Shown here piece after piece: positions 44,131 through 53,937 of a stretch of 64,000 nucleotides of DNA. How positions within the stretch are numbered: position 1 is the stretch's first letter; every line of letters begins with the position of its first letter. The stretch lies in IMG/VR virus record IMGVR_UViG_3300012347_000452, positions 32,001-96,000 of that record. One strand, given 5' to 3'. The translations under genes and the position numbers were made by a program. Under the pieces are notes generated by a model, which did no database searches, was not told the DNA's origin, and saw only the letters and a program-made list of their open reading frames with translations. This stretch comes from a virus.

Positions 44131-47100
44131 TCAGGACAAGATGTCGGCGACTTGCGCAAACACCGCGTCCAGAACTTCTTGCTTGTCGGGGTCGAACCCG
44201 ATCTGTTGAGCGTTGATGCCGCACACGATGGTGGCGTCCAGCGTGGGGTCGTAGAAGGTCTTGCCGACCACCTCGGTCACGCCACCCTTCAGCCCTGGCA
44301 CGAAGCGCTTGATCGAGGCCGAGCCGAGCGCGACGATGATGGCGGGCTTGATGAGCTCCAGCTCCCGGTTGAGCCACTGGGAGCACCCGTTGATCTGACC
44401 GTTGGTGAGGAACTTGTCGCTCTTCTTGGCTTTGACGAGCGTGGTGTAGTAGCCATCGGCCGCTGAGAGCCCTGCCCTCACGATCGCGCCCTTCACGTAG
44501 CTTGCGGCATCGCCTTCGAGCAGCTTGTCCTTCTTCTCCTCCTGCCAGGTCGGGCAGTCCGAGACGACCATGAACCTGACGGTGGACTTGGCCCGAACGG
44601 TCGGGTGCGGGGTCTCCTTCAGGTCACAGTCCGAGCACTTCTTGTAGTCCTGGATCAGGTGAATGACCTTGGAGCGCAGGAACTTCTCGGTGAGGTCGGT
44701 GGTGCGGTCGGCCTTGACGGCGTCGATGATGAGCCCAGGCATGAGCTCCATCTGGTCCTTGCGGCGACTGAAGTGCTTGGGGCTGGGTGCGCCAGGGTCG
44801 ATCAGCGCCAGCGCCCCGACCCGCCCCAGGTTCTCGACAGCCTTCGAGTTGACCTTGGAGCCAGGTTGAAGTGCTGCCAGCTCGAACTCCAGCGGCGTGT
44901 CGAAGCGGCCCTTGATGACCGAGCCGTCCATCTCCCAAACGTCTTCGGTGGTGCCATCGCGTTTCTTCTTCACGCGGGCAATCTTCCACTCGCCGTTGGC
45001 CTCGCGCAGCTCCACGATCCGCTTGGCGGTGTTCTCGCTGATGCCCTTGACCGAACTGAAGGGCGCGAGGATGGTCGTGTCGTTGGGGATGGTGTATCGA
45101 TCGCTGGACAGGTTGATGTCGGGCGGGCTCACCTCGATGCCGCACTCTCGCGCATCCTTGACCAGACCGGGGAGCTTCTCCTCGTCCACGATCGACATGC
45201 AGGCGGCGAAGTACTCGGCGGGGTAGTTCACCCGCAGCCACATGGTCCAGTAGCTGATGATGGAGTACTCGACGGCGTGGCTGCGGTTGAAACCATAGCC
45301 CGCGAACGCCTCGATCTTGTCGAAGATGGCCCCGGCGGTTCGATCGTCCAGGCCCGAGGTGGTCGCGCACCCGTCGATCCACTTCTGACGGCTCTCGGCC
45401 ATCTTGTCCTTGTCTTTCTTGCCCATCGCTTTACGCAGGTGGTCGGCTTCGGCCCGCGTGAAGCCTGCAAGATCGACGGCAGTCTGCATGACCTGCTCCT
45501 GATAGACGATCACCCCGAAGGTGGCTTCGAGCGCACTCTCCATGTTCGGGTGGTCGTAGGTCGGGGTGCGGATGCCCTGCTTGATGGCCACATAGTCGTC
45601 GAGCAGCCCTGAGTCCATTGGACCGGGTCGATACAGGGCGGTTGCGGCGGTGATGTCCTCGAAGGTCAACTGCCCGCCCACCGCCAGGTCACGAAGGAGC
45701 TTTCTCATGCCCGGTGACTCGAACTGGAAGACGCCGGTGGTGTCGCCCCGACCGAACGCATCCATCACGTCCGGCGCCTCGAAGGGCAGCCGCAGGTAGT
45801 CGATGTCGATGCCGTGCCGATCGTGGATGTAGCCCTTCGCGATCTCCATCACATCGAGCGTCGAGAGGCCCAAGATGTCCATCTTGACCAAGCCCCAGTC
45901 TTCGACCGTCCGCTTGTCCCAGTTGGTGACAGGTGCGTCCGAGCGGGTCTCGATGACGGCTCGGTTGACCAGCGGCTCGCCCGCGACGACCACACCAGCG
46001 GCGTGTCGCCCGAACGCACGCATCGCGCCCTCCAGGTGCAGTGCGTGGTTCCAGATTTCCGGTTGCTCGTCCTTGAACTTGTCGATCTCCGGCACCGCTT
46101 TTGCTGCTTCGGTCAACGTGAACGACTGACCATGTTCTTTGGGCACGAGCTTGGTAGCGGTAAGCTCGATGCCATTGAGACCGTACATGCGACCGGTATC
46201 ACGCAGAGCACTGGCGCTCGCAAGCGTCGAATAATTCGAGATTCCTGCCACGCGGTCTGCACCGTATTTGGCGGTCAGGTATTCGATCACCATGTGGCGC
46301 TTCGATGACATGAAGTCGAGGTCGGCGTCAGGCAAGTCGAGTCGCTCGGGGTTGATGAAGCGCTCGAAGAGGAGGTTGAAGCGGATCGGGTCCACGTCGG
46401 TGATGCCGATCAGGTAAGCGACCAGCGAACCGCCGACCGAACCGCGCCCTGGACCCACGATGATGCCGTTGGTTTTGGCCCAGACGACCAAGTCCTCGAC
46501 CAGAAGGAAGTAGCCCGCGAAGCCCATCTTCTTCAGCACGGACAGCTCGTAGGCGAGGCGGTCCTGGTAGACCTTGATTTCGGTGTTGTCGGGCTTGTGG
46601 CCAAGAATCTCGATGCCGAAGCGCTTGGTCCAGCCTGCGATGCACTTCTTGCCCAGGGTCACGAACTCGTTGTCCGCCATCTTGGGCAGCGACACCGGCT
46701 GCTTCTCGAACACGTAGTTGCACTTGGCGACCAGCTTGTCGATGTTCTCCAGGCCCTCGACCCAGTACGAGGCTGGCCCCTTGTGTGCCCACTTGTGAAC
46801 GCGACCGGCGGCGGCCTTGACTCGGGCAACGAGGTGACGCGGCTCCTGGATGTAGAAGTCCTTGATGAACTGGATCGAGCGATACCGGACATCCATCTTG
46901 GTGTTGGTGGTGATGCACTTCAACACCTCCAGCGAGTCCGCAGCCTCAGCGGTGCGGTACATGGCGGGGTAGGTGACGAGCGTGGGCATGTCCTGCAACT
47001 GCGCGATCTGCATCGCCTTGCCGTTCAGGGTGTCGAAGAGCGGCGTGTCGATGGGCACGAGCTCCGAGTAGACGTTGCCCTTGCCAAAGTAGTCCTGCAA

Positions 47101-47580
47101 GACATCGATGATGATCGAGGCATCTTCCCGGTGGTAGATGCTGAAAAGATCGCCGGTGGAGATGATCACCTCCTCGAGCTCCATGATTTCGTCGAGCCCG
47201 ACCCTGGCGTGGTAGTAGAAGTAGTCCTCGCTGTAAGCCTTTGAGAGCAGTTTCATCAGCGAAGTGACGCCTTTGTCACCCGTGACGTACACCTTCAGCA
47301 TGAACATCGGGTTCGGTTTCTCCTTCTCACCGGACGCCTTTGGTGGCTTGCGGTAGGTCGGGTCTTCGACGACGCGGATGCGGCAGCCGATGATGGGCTT
47401 CAGGCCCGCCTTCTTGCACTTGTTGGTGAAGTCCACAAGACCGTGAATCGACATGGTGTCCATGAGCGTCACGGACTCGTAGCCCAGGGCTTTGGCGTCG
47501 GCGATCAGGTGGTCGATCTGGAGCATCGATTCGCCGATGCTGAAGTCGCTCCGAGAGCCGAGCAGGTGGTTCAAATTCAT
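44131..47580 (-). CDS. dnaE: DNA polymerase III alpha subunit with C-terminal UDG-like domain
   Basis: PHP domain, GPGRGS.GGS, PDADLDF, GVFQFES, YGFNRSHA; C-terminal C..C.L...IVALG. Confidence 0.95.
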   Translation of the reverse strand: MNLNHLLGSRSDFSIGESMLQIDHLIADAKALGYESVTLMDTMSIHGLVDFTNKCKKAGLKPIIGCRIRVVEDPTYRKPPKASGEKEKPNPMFMLKVYVTGDKGVTSLMKLLSKAYSEDYFYYHARVGLDEIMELEEVIISTGDLFSIYHREDASIIIDVLQDYFGKGNVYSELVPIDTPLFDTLNGKAMQIAQLQDMPTLVTYPAMYRTAEAADSLEVLKCITTNTKMDVRYRSIQFIKDFYIQEPRHLVARVKAAAGRVHKWAHKGPASYWVEGLENIDKLVAKCNYVFEKQPVSLPKMADNEFVTLGKKCIAGWTKRFGIEILGHKPDNTEIKVYQDRLAYELSVLKKMGFAGYFLLVEDLVVWAKTNGIIVGPGRGSVGGSLVAYLIGITDVDPIRFNLLFERFINPERLDLPDADLDFMSSKRHMVIEYLTAKYGADRVAGISNYSTLASASALRDTGRMYGLNGIELTATKLVPKEHGQSFTLTEAAKAVPEIDKFKDEQPEIWNHALHLEGAMRAFGRHAAGVVVAGEPLVNRAVIETRSDAPVTNWDKRTVEDWGLVKMDILGLSTLDVMEIAKGYIHDRHGIDIDYLRLPFEAPDVMDAFGRGDTTGVFQFESPGMRKLLRDLAVGGQLTFEDITAATALYRPGPMDSGLLDDYVAIKQGIRTPTYDHPNMESALEATFGVIVYQEQVMQTAVDLAGFTRAEADHLRKAMGKKDKDKMAESRQKWIDGCATTSGLDDRTAGAIFDKIEAFAGYGFNRSHAVEYSIISYWTMWLRVNYPAEYFAACMSIVDEEKLPGLVKDARECGIEVSPPDINLSSDRYTIPNDTTILAPFSSVKGISENTAKRIVELREANGEWKIARVKKKRDGTTEDVWEMDGSVIKGRFDTPLEFELAALQPGSKVNSKAVENLGRVGALALIDPGAPSPKHFSRRKDQMELMPGLIIDAVKADRTTDLTEKFLRSKVIHLIQDYKKCSDCDLKETPHPTVRAKSTVRFMVVSDCPTWQEEKKDKLLEGDAASYVKGAIVRAGLSAADGYYTTLVKAKKSDKFLTNGQINGCSQWLNRELELIKPAIIVALGSASIKRFVPGLKGGVTEVVGKTFYDPTLDATIVCGINAQQIGFDPDKQEVLDAVFAQVADILS

Positions 47581-47825
47581 TCTTCTTCCTTGTCTGGAAC
47601 GTAGCGTTCCCAAATAACGACCCATGAGCCGAATGTCGATCGATGAAGAGACTGCGTGTAGGGCACGACCGAGCCGTCTGGCCCCGAGTGAAAGCCCGTC
47701 GTCATCGTCTCACTGGAGCCTGCGTTCACGAACTGCATTTCTCGGAGTCGAAACCCATCGGGCGGCTTGAGCGCATCAGGTGGAATCGTTCCGACGTAAG
47801 CCTGTGTTCTGTACTCATACGACAT
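47577..47825 (-). CDS. Hypothetical protein
   Basis: ATGA-coupled to dnaE. Confidence 0.55.
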   Translation of the reverse strand: MSYEYRTQAYVGTIPPDALKPPDGFRLREMQFVNAGSSETMTTGFHSGPDGSVVPYTQSLHRSTFGSWVVIWERYVPDKEEE

Positions 47826-48516
47826 TATCACCGACCAAACTAGGGTTAAGCGCGAACCCTTCAGGCGTTTCGATGGCAATTGCGAAGGCGACCAGCACCG
47901 GCAGGACGATGCCCACATGCGACGAGGCGGTGGCTTCGTCCCAGGGCTGACGAGCGCCCAGGCGCTTCATGAACGCCTTCTTCAGTGCGGTCTTCGTGAC
48001 CGGGCCCGCCACCAGCGCCTCGCACACGATGAACTCATGATTGACCTTGGCGCTGGCAAACGGATTGCGCCGCGCGGCGAGCTCCGTGCGGATGTGATCG
48101 AGCTGGCCCTTCTTGATCCACTTGAAGGCCAACTCCCGAGCGTTCTTCTGCGGCACGGTGTTGATGATCGCTTCCTGCTCCGCGCTGACCTCGGTGGTGT
48201 TCTCGGCACGAGGGGCGCGGCGCTCCACCTTCTGCTCGGGCTTCTTGATCGAAGGCATGAAGCGCGAGAAGTCGGGCTTGATCGCGACCGACACGGCAGG
48301 CTCCGCACTGGAGGTTTTGACCTGACGGTGGCGAGCGAGGATGTCTTCGATGTTGATCTTGTCGCGCAACGCCTTGAGCGTCTCGATGCAGGCAGAGCCG
48401 CACGACTCGAAGGCGGGGCACTGCTGGCAGATGGTCGAGTCCTGGCTGAAGACGCTGGGCGAGGCGTAGCAGCCTGGTGCGGCGGGGTTGGTCAGGGATT
48501 CATGCGTGGATTCCAT
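47815..48516 (-). CDS. Hypothetical protein with N-terminal Cys cluster
   Basis: PGC...C..C....C...C. Confidence 0.7.
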   Translation of the reverse strand: MESTHESLTNPAAPGCYASPSVFSQDSTICQQCPAFESCGSACIETLKALRDKINIEDILARHRQVKTSSAEPAVSVAIKPDFSRFMPSIKKPEQKVERRAPRAENTTEVSAEQEAIINTVPQKNARELAFKWIKKGQLDHIRTELAARRNPFASAKVNHEFIVCEALVAGPVTKTALKKAFMKRLGARQPWDEATASSHVGIVLPVLVAFAIAIETPEGFALNPSLVGDNVV

Positions 48517-48517
48517 A

Positions 48518-49186
48518 TCAGGCTCCGATAAATCGTTTTGCGTCCGTGTAGCGCATCGTCTCGATCTCCTTCAGTGCGCCGCTGACCTCGGGTGGCGTGG
48601 CGTTGGAGATCATTCCGATGAAGCTGGCGATGTAGCGCGGCGTGACTTGCACCATGCACCGCGAATTGTGGCCAGTGGAGCGACCGTAGTCGGCGTAGTG
48701 CTGGGCCTTGCGGACCTCGGTCATCACCTCCTCCGGTGGGGCGATCGACCATTCGAGGATCAGCGTGGCCAGTGGCGAGAGCGTCTTGCTCATGTGCTCC
48801 AGCAACTCGGTCACGCGGAAGATCGACTCAGGGTCGGTGCTGGGGTCGGCAAAGCTATCCAGCTTCTGCGCCAGGTCCATCTCCCTGCCCTCCTCGTTGT
48901 CGGAGAGCTCCTCGATGCTGACCATCCCGTGCTTCAGGCGCTCCTCGATCAGGTCTTGCGCCCACCGATTCAAGCGGTTGTAGGCGCACATGAAGAAGTA
49001 GGTGGAGAACTTGAAGCCTCTGGACTCGTCGAACTTCTCGAACGCCTTCAGGAAGACGATCGACATCTCCTGAAACACGTCCTCGTAGTCGATCACGACC
49101 TTCGCTGCCGCCAAACGACTGAAGCCCTTCCGCGATACGACGTGGACGAGCCCCATGTTGGCCTTGTAGTAGTCGGCCGGTGTCAT
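48518..49186 (-). CDS. Sigma70-family sigma factor (region 2 clear, region 4 divergent)
   Basis: N.GLV, EDVFQE, KAFEKFDESRGFKFSTY. Confidence 0.8.
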   Translation of the reverse strand: MTPADYYKANMGLVHVVSRKGFSRLAAAKVVIDYEDVFQEMSIVFLKAFEKFDESRGFKFSTYFFMCAYNRLNRWAQDLIEERLKHGMVSIEELSDNEEGREMDLAQKLDSFADPSTDPESIFRVTELLEHMSKTLSPLATLILEWSIAPPEEVMTEVRKAQHYADYGRSTGHNSRCMVQVTPRYIASFIGMISNATPPEVSGALKEIETMRYTDAKRFIGA

Positions 49187-49188
49187 GT

Positions 49189-50379
49189 TCAGGCGCCGAA
49201 GACGCGCTGGGCCAGACCGTCAACCACTTCGCGATCCACCTTGGACAGCTTGTTGGTGAACGACAGCGTGATGCCCTTGCGGAAGGAGGCACGCATCACA
49301 CCGATCTTGGCGGCGTAGATCAGAGTGCGAGGCGAAATCACATCGCTGATCTTGGCGCCGTCATACGCATCACGGACCACGGTGGCGAAGTCAACCAGCT
49401 TGTCGGCGTCTTCTTTGGTGAGGCCCACTTGGTTCTGAAGAATCTGGCTCTCGGCTTGCTTCTTCATGTACTTCTTGTGGATCACCATGCCGAAGCGGTC
49501 GTAGTTGGCGCTGTTCTGCAAGTTGGTGCCCTGGTAGAGGCCCGTCTCGTCACCGCTGCCGTTGGTGTTGCCGGTCGCGGCGAAGCGGAAGTTCGGGTGC
49601 GGCTTGATCAGACGATTCTCGGCGTCCGCTTCTTTGATCATGAGTGACTTACCTTCGAGGACGGCCTGATAGACCGACAGCACGGAAGGCAGTGCGAAGT
49701 CGTATTCGTCGGCGACGTACATCCAACCGTTCTGCATGGCCAGCGGCAATGGTCCCAGCTCGAACTTGGTCTCGCCGCCCTTGACGGTCCACTGACCGAC
49801 GATGTGCGACTCTTCCGTGTTGACCGTGTGCTGGACACGAATCATGGGGTGGTTGGTACGTGCGGCGATCTGCTCGAAGAGCTCCGTCTTGCCAGCGCCC
49901 TTGTGGCCCCAGACGTAGCACGGAATCTTCATCTCGATGGCGAGCACCACGTCCTTGAGCTCGTCGATGTCGTAGACATAGTTGTCGGACGGTGTCGGCA
50001 CGAACTCGTCGAAGCCGTGATTGGCCATCGTCGAGATCGGGATCGGCTCGCCACGCGAGTTGAGCGCCGACTTGACGCGGCCCAGGTTGAAGATTTCGTT
50101 GAAGGGCTTCTTGATCACGCCGTTCTTGGGAATCAAGGCGCTGACGCTGGCAGGCTCGGTGGCCATCTCCACCGTGGTGGTCTCGGCAGCGGCGGGGATG
50201 CCCTTGCTTGCCTGGCGCTCGGCGATCTTGCGCTTGGCCATGTCGGAGAGCAGCGGCGCGTCGGGGTACTTCGCGCTGTACTCCTCGACGGTCATGGAGG
50301 GGTGTGCGTCACGCAGGTGCAGTTGGATGGCGTGAACTTGGGCTCCGCATTCGGAGCAGGTGATTTTGGCGTCAGACAT
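49189..50379 (-). CDS. MoxR-clade AAA+ ATPase (CobS-like)
   Basis: GHKGAGKT, ADEYD, HPNFR..ATGN, A.YDRF, SPR; N-terminal C2H2. Confidence 0.88.
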   Translation of the reverse strand: MSDAKITCSECGAQVHAIQLHLRDAHPSMTVEEYSAKYPDAPLLSDMAKRKIAERQASKGIPAAAETTTVEMATEPASVSALIPKNGVIKKPFNEIFNLGRVKSALNSRGEPIPISTMANHGFDEFVPTPSDNYVYDIDELKDVVLAIEMKIPCYVWGHKGAGKTELFEQIAARTNHPMIRVQHTVNTEESHIVGQWTVKGGETKFELGPLPLAMQNGWMYVADEYDFALPSVLSVYQAVLEGKSLMIKEADAENRLIKPHPNFRFAATGNTNGSGDETGLYQGTNLQNSANYDRFGMVIHKKYMKKQAESQILQNQVGLTKEDADKLVDFATVVRDAYDGAKISDVISPRTLIYAAKIGVMRASFRKGITLSFTNKLSKVDREVVDGLAQRVFGA

Positions 50380-50438
50380 GAGACTCTCCAGAAAAATGTT
50401 GAAAATTCAACGGGTTACAAAAAATTTGCGATTGATGA

Positions 50439-50480
50439 ATCATAAGGTGCGAACTCAGGAGAGACAAGTCACGAATGACT
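50439..50480 (-). promoter_or_regulatory. Promoter TTGTCT-17-TATGAT containing TCCTGAGTTC, with operator at 50467-50480
   Basis: Motifs read directly. Confidence 0.7.
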
Positions 50481-50503
50481 TTGCCTCTCACATTGCCAAT
50501 CGG

Positions 50504-52624
50504 TCACACCATCAGCAGGTGGCGCAGCTCCTTGATGACGACTGCGGGCAGGTCGGCGACGTTCTGGATGACCAGATGCTTGGGGTAGAACTTCGCCACC
50601 GCATCGGACTGGATGCCGATGCCCACGATCCGCACACCGGCGCTGGCGATGTCCTTGACGGTGCGTTGCAGGTGGGTCTCCAGGTCGCCGCGATGGCCAG
50701 CGGCAGCGGGGTAGCCGTCCGAGAGCACCAGCATGATCTTGCCCTCCTCGCGTCGAGCCAGAAGGCGGCGCGCTGCGATCTCCACCGACTCACCATCCAC
50801 GTTCGAGCGAAGGATGTTCGTGTTCGGCAGCCAGGCGAAGCGATCACGGACACCGCTGGTCATGCGCTCCTCGTAGCCCTTCAGGATCGGCATGTAGAGG
50901 CCCTCGACCCGTGAGAACCGGATGCTGGTGGAGCGCGTCGTATCGGAGAGCTCCTTCTGGGCAGCGGACCCAATCTCCTTCGTCGTGAAGCAAATCACTT
51001 CATTCTTGATGTTGAGGCGCTCCAGCACCGATGACAGCGCATAGGCGGCTTGCGCGGCGGTGTGAATCTTGGAGCCGTTCATCGAACCGGACGCATCGAC
51101 CACCAACTGCACCGCCACGTCTTTGCTGGTGGACTCGTGCTTGCGGCTGAAGACCCGGTCGTCGTTGAAACGCAGGCGTGACAGGTTGGCGGCGTGGAGC
51201 TTGCCGGTGCGGTGGCCATGTGAGCGTGTCGCAAGCGATCGGGCGGCAACGGCGCGCTCCAGGTCTTTCTGGAGCGGGGCGACCATGTGATCGACGGCAT
51301 CCATCAGGCGCTGCGTCATGGAGGGGCTGAACGAGCTTCCGACTGGCAGCTTCTCGATGACATCGAAGTCCTTCGTGAAGGGCATGTAGTCGGCGGTCTG
51401 GGCGGACTTGAGCGCCGTCTCGGACAGAGCCCGTGACATCGACTCGTCGTAGCCGTTCTTGCCGTCCTTGTCGAGTTCGGCCCAGATCGGTGCGGAGTCG
51501 CCGAGCTCCTCGCTTTCGTCACCTTCACTCTCACCCATCGTGCCTTCAGTCATCGTCGAGGCGGCGTCGTCACCCTCCTCCTCGTCGGCGTCCTTGATGT
51601 CGCCCTCGTCCTCGTCGTCTTCAGGCTCGGGCTCTTCTTCAGGCTCGGGCTTCGCTTCGGACTCGTCTTCTTCGTCTTTCGACTCGGGCGCTTCCTCCTT
51701 CTCGGGCTTCTCGGTCTTCTTGGGCTCCTCTTCTTTCTCGCCCTCACCCTCACCCTTGCCGGCACCCTCGTCTTCTTCGTCTTTGTCTTCTTTCTCGCCC
51801 TTGCCCTCGCTGGGCTTGCCGGCTTCGGTCTTCTCGTCTTCTTCGGGAGCGGGGGCTGGCGGGGCTTTCGACTTCTTGGGCTTGCCGTCAGCTTTGCCCT
51901 TGCCCATCTTGCCCGTCGCACCGGAGCTTGAGTCGCTGCCCTCGCCGTCGTCGCTCTTGTCTTTGCCCTTGTCGCCCTTGCTGCCCTCGCTCAGACGCTT
52001 GCCGATTTCCATCGCGAGCTCCAGACACTCCTGGGTCGAGCTGGCGGCTTCGATCTTGGGCTGAAGGTCTTCGATGCGCTTGTAGATCGGGTCCATCTTG
52101 GCCCAGTGATCTTTCATGAACTCCTGGAAAATCTGCTGGCCCGACATCGCGCGGATCATCGGCACCATGAGCGTCTGGATGACACCATTGGCGTCGCCCG
52201 CTGCCGCTTTCTCTTTCAAGCGAGGCATGACGAACTTGTCGAGGTAGAACTTGCCCGTGACCGCCAGGTTGTACGCGGAGCCCTGAAAGCGCTGCGCCAT
52301 CTCTTTCTCGATGCGGGGGTCTTCCAGCGCATTGAGCATGAAGCCGATCTGGCGACCATGCGCGTTCGCTTTGGCCATCAGCGGGAAGTTGGTGAACAGG
52401 ATGTGCGCGACCTCGTGGTCGAGGAAGCCTTGAATCGCGTTGCACAGCTCCTCTGTCGCGTTGTCGGGCAGGTACGGCAGGTTGACCACGACCGGGGTGC
52501 CCAGGTGGTCTGCCTTGACGTATGCGTTCACGCCTTGTTGCGTGACCTTGATGCCCTTGCCCGAGAGCATCTGGGTGATCTTCACGACTGACTCGCGAAG
52601 GATGAAGACTCGATCATTTCTCAC
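50504..52624 (-). CDS. CobT-like protein: HExxH domain, acidic linker, vWA domain
   Basis: DHEVAH, NALED.RIE, DASGSM MIDAS, LSDG.P. Confidence 0.88.
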   Translation of the reverse strand: MRNDRVFILRESVVKITQMLSGKGIKVTQQGVNAYVKADHLGTPVVVNLPYLPDNATEELCNAIQGFLDHEVAHILFTNFPLMAKANAHGRQIGFMLNALEDPRIEKEMAQRFQGSAYNLAVTGKFYLDKFVMPRLKEKAAAGDANGVIQTLMVPMIRAMSGQQIFQEFMKDHWAKMDPIYKRIEDLQPKIEAASSTQECLELAMEIGKRLSEGSKGDKGKDKSDDGEGSDSSSGATGKMGKGKADGKPKKSKAPPAPAPEEDEKTEAGKPSEGKGEKEDKDEEDEGAGKGEGEGEKEEEPKKTEKPEKEEAPESKDEEDESEAKPEPEEEPEPEDDEDEGDIKDADEEEGDDAASTMTEGTMGESEGDESEELGDSAPIWAELDKDGKNGYDESMSRALSETALKSAQTADYMPFTKDFDVIEKLPVGSSFSPSMTQRLMDAVDHMVAPLQKDLERAVAARSLATRSHGHRTGKLHAANLSRLRFNDDRVFSRKHESTSKDVAVQLVVDASGSMNGSKIHTAAQAAYALSSVLERLNIKNEVICFTTKEIGSAAQKELSDTTRSTSIRFSRVEGLYMPILKGYEERMTSGVRDRFAWLPNTNILRSNVDGESVEIAARRLLARREEGKIMLVLSDGYPAAAGHRGDLETHLQRTVKDIASAGVRIVGIGIQSDAVAKFYPKHLVIQNVADLPAVVIKELRHLLMV

Positions 52625-52736
52625 TGGTTTCTCCTTATGTCATGAGTGACTGATAACGCATTGTCACCGCTGAAGGTAGGGAGAACAATGCTTTGCGTAG
52701 GGCAAACGAAAGGGCGACCGAAGTCGCCCTGAACAC

Positions 52737-52925
52737 TTACATGGGGACACAGGCGGCGCGGCCGCAGGCGGTGCTGACGAGCGTCAGCTTGCCAAGGTGG
52801 ACATGCTCTCCCACATGCAGTATGGTGGAGCCTAGGTCGATTGTCCTGGTGATGACACTTTCGCTCAGGAGTTTGCACATTTCAGTGATCGAAACTTCCT
52901 GAGCTTCCTTAATGAGCTTGGGCAT
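52737..52925 (-). CDS. Small hypothetical protein
   Basis: AAAGG RBS; divergent from the XRE gene. Confidence 0.55.
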   Translation of the reverse strand: MPKLIKEAQEVSITEMCKLLSESVITRTIDLGSTILHVGEHVHLGKLTLVSTACGRAACVPM

Positions 52926-53113
52926 AAGCGCCTTTGTTGTTGTTTTGCATATTGCAAAGATATGTTAGTCACGGGTAACACATTCCTGTTTCAGGCGATG
53001 ATTGTCTCCGGTTAAATTCCCACTCGAGTCGTGATTCAGCAGGGACTTATTCCCGCTTTATACTGAGTCGGTAGTAACTTATTTCTTACCTTACCTCTAG
53101 GCTCCACACCACT

Positions 53114-53557
53114 ATGGCTACGAAGATCGAGAAGCTCCCGCCCGCCCCGACCACCAAGGCTCGCAACGTCGCGGAGTACATCTCCATGCAGTTGCACCTG
53201 TGCGGCAAGTCCCAGACTCAGATCGCGGAGGAAGTCGGGTTCGACAAGCCCAACGTCATCACGATGATCAAACAGGGCAAGACCAAGGTTCCGATGAACA
53301 AGATCGGCAGCATGGCCAAAGCCCTGGAAGTCGATCCGGTGTTCTTCTTCCGGATGGTCATGAACGAGTACATGCCCGACCTGATGGACATGATCACCGC
53401 CATCACCACCCAGCCGATGATCACCCGCAACGAATGGGACTTCATCGCGGTCATCCGCTCCTCCAACGTCGTGAACCCCAAGCTGCGCACGGACGCCGAG
53501 CGCAAGAAGCTCAAGGAGTTCGTCGATACGCTGAAGGCCGACAACGAGTCCAACTGA
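53114..53557 (+). CDS. XRE-family HTH regulator (repressor candidate)
   Basis: SQTQIAEEVG...ITMIKQG...P...I..MAKAL.VDP. Confidence 0.85.
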   Translation: MATKIEKLPPAPTTKARNVAEYISMQLHLCGKSQTQIAEEVGFDKPNVITMIKQGKTKVPMNKIGSMAKALEVDPVFFFRMVMNEYMPDLMDMITAITTQPMITRNEWDFIAVIRSSNVVNPKLRTDAERKKLKEFVDTLKADNESN

Positions 53558-53730
53558 AGTCATTCCACGCTGATCCAATGTGTGAGTAAGTTGACACAAC
53601 CTTGGCCATGACCAAAGTGGTCGGACTCTGTGACTGACAAACGGTCGTGGTGTCCGGCCCCAACCCCTTCACTTGGCCGATGAATCATCGTAGCATGGCG
53701 ACTCACTACTGACTTACAAGTGTGGCGCCA

Positions 53731-53937
53731 ATGGAACGTCTGCTGAAGCTGCCCGAGGTCGAGACCCTGGTCAGCCTGAAGAAGTCGAAGATTTACGCCC
53801 TCATCCAGGTGGGCGACTTCCCAGAGCCGGTCAAGGTTGGGCGGTCGTCGTCGTGGCTTGAGAGCGAGGTTCAGGGCTGGATCGTCGGGCACGCCAGTCG
53901 GCGAACCACGTCCACGGCTGATGCACTTCCTGCCTGA
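53731..53937 (+). CDS. AlpA-family excisionase/regulator
   Basis: LLKLPEV...SL.KS.IY......FP.PV..GR...W..SEV..WI. Confidence 0.88.
   Translation: MERLLKLPEVETLVSLKKSKIYALIQVGDFPEPVKVGRSSSWLESEVQGWIVGHASRRTTSTADALPA

Noticed and set aside
44131-47580. Inteins or introns in dnaE, nrdJ, recA or the helicases
   Set aside because: Reading frames are continuous and of ordinary length, with no intein C...HN boundaries seen.
49189-52624. Cobalamin biosynthesis genes cobS/cobT
   Set aside because: No cobN or other cob genes in the window; better described as a MoxR/vWA pair.
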